Origin: Podarcis bocagei
Taxonomy: Eukaryota
Reading direction: 5' to 3' (one strand)
Length of the DNA: 64,000 nt
NCBI GenBank assembly: GCA_964188305.1
Contig: OZ076902.1
The number at the start of each line of letters is the position of its first letter. Positions within the stretch are counted from its first letter, which is position 1. The translations under genes and the position numbers were made by a program. The notes beneath the pieces were generated by a model. It saw nothing but the letters and a program-made list of their open reading frames with translations, did not search any database and had not been told where the DNA came from. Below are positions 13,035 to 22,985 of the stretch, in pieces.

Positions 13035-16000
13035 AATCTACATTCTGAAGATAGGCATTGATTAAGAAAATGGAGGCCACGCAGCAAACTCAGGGCCAGG
13101 ACAACTTAGGCTGCCACTTAACCTAAAAGTAAACCCCACTGAAGTCAATGGGGCTCACTTCTGAGCAGACGTGTGTAGGAGTCTTCTATAAACCTCAGTG
13201 CGTTTGCACAGGAGTAAGCTCTGGGAACTCTGCGGTCATAGAGCCATTGAATTGTAGATTTGGAAGAAACCCATGGTCATCCAGTCCAGCCCCCTGCAAT
13301 TGTGTGAGCCAAAAGGCCCTCTTAGCCACAAACTCGCTGGAGGAATCCTAACCCCAGCACTTTCAGTCCTAGAACTCCACCCTCACCTGAAATCAGGGTG
13401 GATGGGTTGCACTTCTGCAGCTCAGATATGAGGCCAGGGACTTGTAATGTCCACCTTAATGGACCCTTGCCCCAGGACCCTTGCTCCAGGCTTCTTTCAC
13501 CTGGTGATTTATTGTTTATTTATTTTGCATTCTTTCCTTCTTTTTTAACAGCAAAGGGACCCCCCCCCATCCCAGGTATATGGTTGGTGGTAGGATAGGA
13601 CATCTCCATTTCCCCTTGTTCTCTTCTCATCCACCCCCACCTGGCACAAATCCCTCCTGTCATATAACCGGAAACTTCTGTGTTTTTAAATCTACATACA
13701 AAAGTATTTGGCCTTGAAGGTTACTTAATGATCTGGTGGCAGGACATCCTGCGAGGATGATTTAACAAAGTTCTTGGTTTGAGCTGAAGTGGTTTTGGGG
13801 AAAGAGTGACGCTTTTTGACTCATATTTGCTAGCAAACATCAACTGCTTAGTTTCACTCCCTGTTTGATTTTTGACAAGGTTCCGAATTATAGAAAGCGC
13901 TGGATCTGAAGCCATAGTTGGCCCACGGTTGCCTTGCTGGCAATAAGAGCTTTAAAATAAACTGAGCTCCAAAATGCAGCCTTTTTTGAAATCTGATATG
14001 CCACAACTTCACATCTGTGCAAGATACACTGTTTTTATTTCAGCTCTGACCTCGGCACGGCACAAAAGCCTTACCCAGTGCTTTTTTTCCTCTGGGGGCA
14101 CCCAAGGCTATGAAATAACAGCACCTTCTCCCCACCCCCACAAATGTTTAAAGTGTGGCAATAACAGTACAAACTTCATGGTGAGGAACGGCTCCTTCTT
14201 TTTCCTTAAAAAAATAAAATAAAAGCACTGGCCTTACTTACCGGGAGTAACAAGACAGGCTGGTGCAGATAAAGGAATTCAGGGCCGCCAGGGGGACAAA
14301 GCAGTGGTGGAAAGGGCCATCTACCCAGACGTCAGGCATTGCGTAGGCTCCGTACGTGATAGCGCAGCCTATAATAAACAGAGAAGAAACTTGCGCAACC
14401 TCTGTTGGAAAATGCAAGACAGATTAAACGGAGTCCTAAATGCAGCACATAGTTAACCTACGGAACTCCCTCCCACCAGCAACTTGAAAGCTGCCTCACC
14501 CAAACTGTAGAGGCTGAGCGCTCCGTAGTCCAAGAAGTAGCAGATGTGCCTGGCATGGGTGGACATGGTGCTGAACGTGTGGGCACAGCTGGAGGTGAAG
14601 GGGTAGAGGCACACCAGCACCATGTAGGCCAGGAAAGGCCAGCTGTAGGTGTCACGCCAGAAGTCCAGGCTGTGGGAGAGCATCAGGAAGCGCCACAGAA
14701 AATACCTGCAAGGGGCAAAGGGCATCCAGGAGAAGGACAAGGGGACAGAGGTTCCCAACCCTTTTCAGCCCATAGTCCCCTTGGTTCCATAAACACGTCC
14801 CCAGTGACCTTATCTAAAAAGCATTGTTCAGAATAGTAGTTTGCCCAACCCAGTAAGGAAGGTAACAACACAATGAAATCCGAAACAGGAACAATTAAAC
14901 TGCATCCTTCATTCAAAATCCAAGTGAAACTATTTAATCGGTTCAACAAAATTGATGAAGTTGATCCTGTGGTACCAGCTTTCCAAAGTCATTTACAGAC
15001 CCTCCAAGCGTCCCTGTTTTCCAAGGACAGTCCTGGATTTACAAAAGCCATCCTGGTTTCTGATTCGATCCCGAATGTCCTGCTTTTCCTTAGGATGTCC
15101 CTATTTTCATCAGGGACCTATTTTCATTGGAAGGTATGGAGTTATGTGACCCGCAAGCCAAGGAGATAAGTAACTACACAGAACGCGGCTGAAAGACGCT
15201 GCAGACTTACCACGTCGGCAAAAAATGTGTCCAAATGTTGATGGTTTCGTTGTTCAGCTGAAAAGAGCTGAGGACGCAATCCAAGGCAGAGCTTTTGGGG
15301 TGACGGTAGCCAGAGATGATCCCATCTTCCCAGAAGATCTACAGGACAGGATTTGCCCAATGAGACACTTTTGAGTTGCCAAGACAGAAATTTAGCAGAA
15401 GTGAGGCCTGCATGAAAAGCTTTATTGAAGTGTCGCGTCACTACAACTCCACCTGCAGCAACAGACTCTCCTTAACTTTAGTTCTGTTAGTTCAGAGGTA
15501 GGGAACCTTTGGCCCTCCAGATGTTGCTGAACTACAACTCCCAATAGCCCTAGCAAGCATGGTCAGTGTGGAAGGGTGATGGGAGTTGTAGTTCAGCAGC
15601 ATTTGGGAGGTCAAAGGTCACCAGGACCCCCTTTGGCACCCACAAAAGGTTTCAGTAGATATCCCCTCAAAAATCCACAACTGCTTCTGTTTGCTCAGCC
15701 TCTCCTGCATTGAACATGTCCCCCTATATAAGCTCACATTTCTTTGGGTGCCAAGAATGGATGCCCTCCCTCCCTTCCGTTCTGAACAGAGGAGAGGTAC
15801 AAAGAGCTTGTCTCTAAGAGTGAAGGTGGCAGTGACTGCTGTAGGGGTCTTTCTCCCCGCTGACAGGAGGGCACAGCCACGCCATGTTGTGGTCCTCCTG
15901 CCTCTCTTTCTGCTCATTCAAATGTAGCAGCCATAATGCTACGGCCCCACGGCAGCCATTTTGTGTTATGCCACTCCTGCAGAGCAGCCATTTTGTGGCT

Positions 16001-16458
16001 GGCGCCCACGGCATACTCTCCAAATTCCTAATGGGCCCCACTGGCTCCAAAGACTCTCATTTTATATCTTCCCTATTTCACATTTTAACAAAACACCCCT
16101 GGCCAATAACGACCTTCTATCCCATTCCCAGAGTCTATAAGCAGAGAAACGATCCAAACAGGAGGCTTTCAACTTGTTAGGCTGCATTCACATGTAACGT
16201 GAAAATGCTTAGAGAGTTCATGCTCTTTTAAGCACGACTTGGAACAGCCAGCCTTCAAACAGAGGACCACCCTGTGGCAGAAATTCAACTGATGCAGTTT
16301 CCTTGACTGATTAGCCACCCTGGTGTGTTGATTTTAAGAGACCCTCCTGGACAGAACCATGCATAGTGGGGGGGAGATCGTAAACACTGGAAGAATAATT
16401 TACTCACACGAGGTACTTGGTGGACCCTGAAGATCTGAGGCAGCTTTATTGTAAGCAT
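9247..16458 (-). CDS. PAQR6: PAQR6, progestin and adipoQ receptor 6 (mPR delta), full coding span (7 exons, 1026 nt, 341 aa)
   Basis: Exons join in frame. PAQR motifs NETINIWTH, SSCAHT, LPERLAPGRFDYIGHSHQLFH are present. N-terminus MLTIKLPQIFRVHQVPR. Adjacent to SMG5 as in mammals. Confidence 0.95.
9600..10050 (-). mobile_element. L2-type LINE 3' end with (TTA)n tail; similar pieces near 11380, 27600, 36400, 43820 and 56900
   Basis: Peptide RARAFSVLAPTWWNALSQETRSLRDLTSFHRACKTELF resembles an L2 ORF2 C-terminus; AAT microsatellite at about 9600-9663. Confidence 0.7.
10221..10420 (-). mobile_element. Sauria SINE, internally deleted
   Basis: (AAAGGT)n tail and GGTACCTATTTATCTA core. Confidence 0.8.
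10464..10608 (-). CDS. PAQR6: PAQR6 coding exon 6 (LLFCFGEDCAWNDSVPGYFYHLIFAALTGFLFASHLPERLAPGRFDYI)
   Basis: cag| ... |gtaaga; 145 nt. Confidence 0.95.
11162..11258 (-). CDS. PAQR6: PAQR6 coding exon 5 (FLELECPSLCKILRTTAFAYPFLFDNIPLFYR)
   Basis: tag| ... |gtagga; 97 nt. Confidence 0.95.
11608..11677. repeat. (TAA)n-(TTA)n inverted microsatellite
   Basis: Direct observation; forms a perfect palindrome. Confidence 0.95.
11825..12001. mobile_element. GC-rich non-autonomous hAT-like element, related to 5223-5491
   Basis: Perfect 8-bp TSD AGTTCCCC; CAG...CTG ends; shares a GCTTGGGCRCCTGCAGGCTCC core in inverted orientation. Confidence 0.7.
12244..12373. other. Assembly gap (130 N)
   Basis: Run of N directly before the tandem repeats of the LTR. 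Confidence 0.99.
12374..12680 (+). mobile_element. LTR (ERV/Gypsy-like), 5' end lost in the assembly gap
   Basis: 40-bp tandem U3-like repeats, several CCAAT/ATTGG boxes, TATATAAA at 12583-12590, AATAAA at 12638-12643, terminal ...TTTCA. Confidence 0.7.
12985..13031. repeat. (TTA)n microsatellite
   Basis: Direct observation. Confidence 0.95.
14076..14230. mobile_element. Non-autonomous hAT element beside a PAQR6 splice donor
   Basis: 10-bp TIR CAGTGCTTTT/AAAAGCACTG; TSD GCCTTACC/GCCTTACT. Confidence 0.85.
14242..14368 (-). CDS. PAQR6: PAQR6 coding exon 4 (CAITYGAYAMPDVWVDGPFHHCFVPLAALNSFICTSLSCYS)
   Basis: tag| ... |gtaagt; 127 nt. Confidence 0.95.
14500..14705 (-). CDS. PAQR6: PAQR6 coding exon 3 (YFLWRF...SSCAHTFSTMSTHARHICYFLDYGALSLYSL)
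   Basis: cag| ... |gtgagg; 206 nt. Confidence 0.95.
15211..15338 (-). CDS. PAQR6: PAQR6 coding exon 2 (IFWEDGIISGYRHPKSSALDCVLSSFQLNNETINIWTHFLPT)
   Basis: tag| ... |gtaagt; 128 nt. Confidence 0.95.
16408..16458 (-). CDS. PAQR6: PAQR6 coding exon 1 (MLTIKLPQIFRVHQVPR)
   Basis: In-frame TGA three codons upstream of the ATG; donor |gtgagt; the exon probably begins at acceptor 16583. Confidence 0.92.
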
Positions 16459-16659
16459 TTCCAGTCACAGCGCACGGGATTCTCTTGGAGATGTGTTTTT
16501 AAAGGCAACTCTGCTTGTGGGGAGAGATTTTGCCAAGTGGTCCTGGGCAGCTGCAGTCCACAACCCCCTTCCTCCAGGTAGCTCTGGAGATGGGGAAGGG
16601 GGTCAACATTTGTGTCCTAAAATGACAAAGGAAAAAGGAGGATGGGTCCGGGGGATATA

Positions 16660-16790
16660 CGTACGTCCAGTAGCACCTTAGAGACCAACGAAGTTTGTTC
16701 TTGGTATAAGCTTTAGTGTGCATGCACACTTCTTCAGATACACAGAATCAATTTTCAACTGCGTCAGACCAACATGGCTACCTACCTGAA
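16660..16790. mobile_element. Probable Penelope-like element terminal fragment
   Basis: AGTAGCACCTTAGAGACCAAC...CACTTCTTCAGATAC resembles reptile Penelope ends (from memory). Confidence 0.4.
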
Positions 16791-19700
16791 TATATTTATA
16801 CACAACAACTTTAACCTTCCCCAACATAAAAATAAAAAAGGCTCTTTTGAACCTTTGGACCTCCTCCCCTCCCTCCATGGGTTCCATTAAAAAAAATCTT
16901 TTTTCTTTTTTCTCCTGCATCTTTTACCATCATCCATCTATTATATAATCAGAGTTACCAAAATTCATTTCACATTACAAGTGTCATTGTATCCCTGCTA
17001 ATGATTTTAACAGTCTACAGTGGTCTTTTAGGTATATTAAGAAGTTGTCGATAAATCAATAAATGAAACAAAATAAACCGACATCATAAAATGAATAAGC
17101 AGCCACAAATAAAACAGGGAGCAGAAGCAGAAATAGAATCATTAGAATCGTAGGGTTGGGAGGGACCCCCAAGGGTCATCCAATCCAACCCCCTGCAATG
17201 CACAGCTAAAGGATCCCTGACAGGTGGCCATCCACCCTCTGTTTAAAAACCTCCAATGAAGCAGAGTCCACCGCCTTCTGAGGGAGTCCCTTTCACTGGT
17301 GAACAGCTTATATAAAGTGCCGCCGCCATCAAGGGGCAGAGAATTGTGTCCAGACCTGTCAATCTGAATGCAAAAACAGCAGCAGCCTGATGCACCTCAG
17401 AATGGGGGGGGGGGTGATTCCAGAAGGCTGTGGGACCCCCTTCCCTTCCAGCTCCAGGGACTGCCAAACTCACTCTGCCAGGGGATCACCTAGAGGCCTT
17501 CCAGCTGTTCCTATTTTCTGGCAATTCAGCACCTGGGAGAGCTTCAAAAGCACTTCTTAGGCATTATCTTGCTGCAAGCTCTAAAACAGCCCAGTAAGGC
17601 AGGCCAGCAACACGACCCCCCAGCCAGCAAACGCCAGAAAGCCAAGCCCAGGGGAATAGTTGTTTACGAGGTCATGACGGAGACCAAGGGTTCTCTGAGG
17701 GTTTCCTGATTCACAGAACAGGAACACTGATATACCGGTATGTCTAGTTTAGAGATATTTTGGTCAGGGTTTGCTGCTGGGTGTGTCAGTCTTCGTCCCC
17801 CATTCAGCGCAATGGCCAGAAGCTTCTGAAGTGTGTGTTCATGTGTTAGGTCGCAGTGGCCCGCAAATGAGTCCTTAACTTATCATTTTCTAAGCTTCAT
17901 AAAACTTTTCAAGTCACATTGGATCTGTTTCTCCTTTATTGTGCGACTTCTGGTAAAGACCCATTTTTCCTGCTGGGAAAACCTGCCAGAACAGCAATAT
18001 CTTTGATTGTTTCCTGAAAGTGTGGGGTGCTGTTCCACAGGACAGGCGTAGCCACCCTAGAAGTTTGGAACTTGCAAGAGAGACTCTCTGGCAGACTGCA
18101 GTGATCTATTGTGTGCAGAAGGGGGTAGCATCCAAAATAGGGTTGTTGACAGGGGCAGGATGTCCTGGCCTGATCACACCAGCAACAAAACAGCTTCTGG
18201 TCCATTTCCAGGCCCAATTCTGTGTATGAGCTTCAATTTTTGACACCCTAACAGCATGGAATTGGTTGGTTTTACTGCTTTTATCTCTGCTGCGGCACAA
18301 TTTAGACAGGAAATGCATTTATACCATATTGTGCTTTAAACTCTGTCATGTGTGTGCCCCCCTGGAGAAGCTCAGAGTTATGGGGAGGCGGAGAAATATT
18401 GGAAATAAATAACTGAAGCCAGATGCATCAAGAACACACCATAAAACCACAAGATGTGATAAAACAGAGACAGGCTCATCAGATGATTATTTAGTCATAG
18501 TACTTGAGTTGTTGCACAAAGGTCTCCTAGTGACTTACAGTGTGTTTAAAAACATGAACATCAATGCATTATAATCTGACACATTCACACATGCAGTTCA
18601 GAAAAATATATACAAAACATCACTCTTTTCATCTGCCATAGCAGCAGGAAGTTTTGGCCACCCACAAACAGCATAGGACACAGAGTCACAGCATACATTT
18701 AAATCCCAAATAATTATGGGAACTGAAGTTTGTTGAGGGTACTAAGAATTGTAGGTCTGTGAGGGGAACTACAGTTCCCAGGATTCTCTGGGGGGGGGGG
18801 AATCATGCACTTTCAACGTGTGGCTCTGCCTAAAAGCATCATCATTGGAGTCTACCAAAAATCTGGCGGGGGGTGGGGGGGGGAGAAAGTTTTTTTATCT
18901 GGCTCCGATAAAATGCCCAAGGCTTACCTTGCTAGCAGAGAGCAGGAAAAGTGTTCCTATTTTCCAGGGATGTCCCTGATTTAGAGAAGCCGTTCCAGTT
19001 TCTGACTGGATCCCAGAATGTCCTGCTTTTCCTTAGGACGTCCCTATTTTCATTAGAGACATGTTGGAGGGTATAGAGTTATCCAACCCCTGAGCCATCT
19101 GAAGGCAATCCTGTATAGGGAAGGTTTTTTTTTTTTTAAGGTTTAATGTTCTATTGTGTTTTTATATATTTTGGAAGCTGCCCAGATTGCTGGGGCAATC
19201 CAATAAGATGTGTGGGGTATAAATAGTAAAATTATCATTATGGAATGGGACGTCCCTATTTTCATCGGAGAAATGTTGGAGGGTTATGGGAGAGCATTCC
19301 ACAGATGGGGAGGGGCCCCTGAAAAGGCCCTCTCCCTTGCCATCCCCTTCCAGGCCTCCCTCAAAGATTGGACCCAGTGATAAAACAGAAAAATCAGACA
19401 GAAAAACAATAGGCATCTGCTAAAACAAAAGCCTGCTAGATTTTTTTTTTAAAAAGCTTGTGCCAGCAAAGAACTGCAAGAGAAGAACGCAACCAACCTC
19501 ATGAGGCAAGGAGTTCCACAGTTCTGGTCCATGTAAAGCGCTGACCATCTCTATTTTGACAATGGGGGGGGGGGGGAGAGAGGAGTGGGACACGGAGTTG
19601 TCCCCCAGTTCTCCCTCCAGAATCTTTTCCCTTTCAACCAAGGAGACCTTTCATTCACAGGGGTGGGGGAAGAAATCTCTCTCTCCCCCCCCATTTCCCC

Positions 19701-20259
19701 CCAAACTAGAAATCAAGTTCTCTTTTGTTCCTTCGCACAAGGCCACCATTGACAGCTGAAGGCCCTCTGAGTCACATGGTTGACCACAGAGGAGTCAAGG
19801 CAAAACGATGAAGGCTTTCGGCAGGGATGGAAATAAAAGATTAATTACTTCTTTGTAACCAACCCAGACAAAAAAGATTCTGAGGAAAAACCCGCCGGAA
19901 AGATGGGAGGGCACCCAAAGCTCAAAGGTCAGAAGAGGTTCCCTCCCCCACCATCTCATTATCCATTTTTCCAGTTTGGCAAAATGTTGCATCCAATAAA
20001 AATCACCAGTTGTGCTTCCCCGTCACCCCATCATCCCAAACACTCCTCCTCTTCTTCCACCCTGGCCCTGCCTCTCTCCCTTCCTGCTTTCTGTCCGGTG
20101 TGTGCCAACCAGCACTGGGCTCCCTTCTTGCTGAAAAAGACCCAAGCCAAGGCTGAATTCTTGGGAGATAAAATCACCCTTTCCATCGTTCTAGCAATGT
20201 TTTTTTGAAGCGCGGTCTCGAAGGCGTGGTGGGTTTGGGAGCTGGGAGCAGAAGGGAAA

Positions 20260-21140
20260 ATGAACATAAAGAGATCCCTGCTGGATCAGGCCAGTGGCTC
20301 ACCTAGTCCAGCATCCTGTTCTCACAGTGGCCAACTAGATGCCTGTCTAGCAGGATTTGGGCACAAGAGGACTTTCCTTTCCTGTGGTTTCCAGCAACTG
20401 GGATTCAGAAGCACTCCTGCCTCTGACTGTGGAGGACAGCCATGAATTTGTCCAGTCCTCTCTTAAAGCCATCCAAGCTGGTAGCTGTCGCTGCCTCCTG
20501 TGGCAGGGAGTTCCATAGTTTAACTATTTTCTCTGTTCTGAATCTTCCAATGTTCCAGTTCATTGGATTTCCACAAATTCTATTGTTATGAGAGAGGGAG
20601 AAAACCCTTTTTTCTATCCTCTTTCTCCATGCCAAGCATAATTCTATAAACTTCTACCATGTCACCTCCTGCTCGCCTTTTCTCTATACTACAAAGTCCC
20701 AAAGGCTGCAACTATTCCTCACAAGAAGGGAGTCGCTTCATCCCCTCAATCATTTTACTTGGCCATTTCTGAACCTTCTTCCAACTCTACAAGATCCTTT
20801 TTGAGGTGAGGAGGCCAGAACTGCGCACAATATTCCAAATGCGGTCACACCATAGATTTCTATAACGGCATTATGATACTGGCAAATTTTGCTTTCAATT
20901 CCTTTTCTAATGATCCCTAGCATGGAATCTGTCTTTTCTACAACCGCGGCACATTGGGTCAACATCTTCACTGAGCTGTCCACTATGACCCCTAGGTCTC
21001 GTTCCTGGTCAGTCCCCACCAGTTTAGATCTCATGAGTGCATATTTGAAATTAAGATTATGATTTTTGCCACAACATGCATCACTTCACAGCGAACATCA
21101 TTTACCATTCACCCACTTTGGGGAGGTCCTTTTGGAGCTC
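20260..21140 (-). mobile_element. CR1 LINE 3' fragment (degenerate ORF2 C-terminus plus 3'UTR)
   Basis: Frameshifted peptides DQERDLGVIVDSSVKMLTQCAAVVEK and KLWNSLPQEAATATSLDGFKRGLDKFM are typical of CR1 ORF2 ends. Confidence 0.85.
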
Positions 21141-22364
21141 TTTGCTGTGGGATATTGCAGTCAAATATAACTAGAAAGCTTAGAGCTAGTTAACGCATGA
21201 AGGGGTTAAGACCATGGAACTGTATTCCTAGACTCAGGTCATACCGCTTCACCTCCATTGAAGAAGGAAGTGAAGCTTCCTTTGTTTACTCTCTTGTACT
21301 ATGTGAAGCTCACCAGGCAACGTGTATGAGCTTGACCGCTTCAAGCCCAGACCACATGCTCAGAAGTACCGTATTTTTTGGTATTTTACAACCCAATAAC
21401 TTTCTACCTGTGTTCTTATTGCTGCCGCATGGAATAGCGTATGAATGTGACCTTTGGAGTTTGTAAGTAAAGCATTTAAACTTACTAAATAGTTCAAAAG
21501 CAGCTGGAGACCCAAGTCTGGGAAACACTGGTTTAGGTAAAGCCCATCCAGACACGTAGAAGTGGCATGTGCTTTATTTCTGTTTACCTACTGTTGATTC
21601 GCCCCGCTTCACAAACCAGAAGTATATAAATTTTGTTAAATAAATAGTCCCCACTAGTAGTGCTCAAGGCCTGAGACCCCTCCCCACACATCCCATCCAG
21701 TGGAGCCATGCACTTAAAGAACCCCAACAAAATTATCCCCAAGCCCTAACACCCCTGTGGAAAACAGCAGTTGCTTTGAAACCCAACAATGAGCTTCATT
21801 TTTCTCCTGGATTTACCCAATACATGCATCTGCCACAGGCAAGGTTTTAAGGAGGTATTTGGCAATTAAAAAACAAACAAACCTTGAAAAATATAATAAA
21901 GCCGGCTTTCTCAGGCAGCAAAAGCTTTTTTAGCGCTTAAGAGATTTTCCATATTCGAAAGCACTTAGCAGACATTAGCTAATTGAAGCCACCCGCTTTC
22001 CTTTGAAGAACAAAACAAATCCCCTTCCTCCAAGGTAATCATTGCAAATGATGCTGTGGGCTCCAAATTCTGCATTGGTAAGAAGGGCCTGCTGGATCAG
22101 GCCAATGGCCCAGCTATTGCAGCATCCTTTTCTCACAGCAGCTAACAAGATGCTTGTAGGAAACTCGCAAGCAGGACCCAGGCGCAAGAGTCCTCTCCCC
22201 TCCTGCAGCTCCCAGGCTTCAAGAAGCATTTCTGCCTCCAACTGTGGAGGCAGCCATTGATAGCCCTCTCCAGTGCTTTATTCCCCTTAAAAAATGTTTA
22301 GGGGTACTCTCATTTTGACTAAAGAAAATCACCATTTTATAGTTCAAATTGGGAAAAATAAATA

Positions 22365-22580
22365 CAGTGGTACCTCTGGTTACAAACCATATTTGTTCCG
22401 GACGTCCATTCTTAACCTGAAACCGTTCTTAACCTAAGGCACCACTTTAGCTAATGGGGCCTCCCGCTGCCACCACACAATTTCTCTTCTCATCCTGAAG
22501 CAAAGTTCTTAACCTGAGGTACTATTTCTTGGTTAGCGGAGTCTGTAACCTGAAGTATCTGTAACCCGAGGTACCACCTG
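22365..22580. mobile_element. Tc1/mariner (pogo/Tigger-like) MITE, copy 1
   Basis: TA|CAGTGGTACCTC...GAGGTACCACCTG|TA. Confidence 0.85.
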
Positions 22581-22770
22581 TACCGTCATTTAAACAGAAA
22601 CATAAGATAGTTGGTTAGAGCATTGTGTTGATAATGCCAAGGTTGCAAGGTTGGATAAAATTGGATGTCATTTTGAATCAAGATGGCAGAGGAAGCTATT
22701 TGGTTTCTTAGAATTCCACTGGGTATGAGGCTTCGTGTGTGTGTGTTAGATGCAAATTTAGAAGTAATTA

Positions 22771-22985
22771 CAGTGGTACCTTGGGTTAAGAACTTAATTC
22801 GTTCTGGAGGTCCGTTCTTAACCTGAAACTGTTCTTAACCTGAGGTACCACTTTAGCTAATGGGGCCTCCCGCTGCCGCCACACGATTTCTGTTCTCATC
22901 CTGAGGTAAAGTTCTTAACCCAAGGTACTGCTTCCAGGTTAGCGGAGTCTGTAACCCGAAGTGTTTGTAACCCAAGGTACCACTG
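22771..22985. mobile_element. Tc1/mariner MITE, copy 2 (same family and orientation as copy 1)
   Basis: TA|CAGTGGTACCTTGGGTTA...TAACCCAAGGTACCACTG|TA. Confidence 0.88.

Noticed and set aside
22608-22655. tRNA-like sequences here and at SINE heads (for example 38868, 48160, 62320)
   Set aside because: Incomplete cloverleafs with no acceptor stem; SINE-derived rather than tRNA genes
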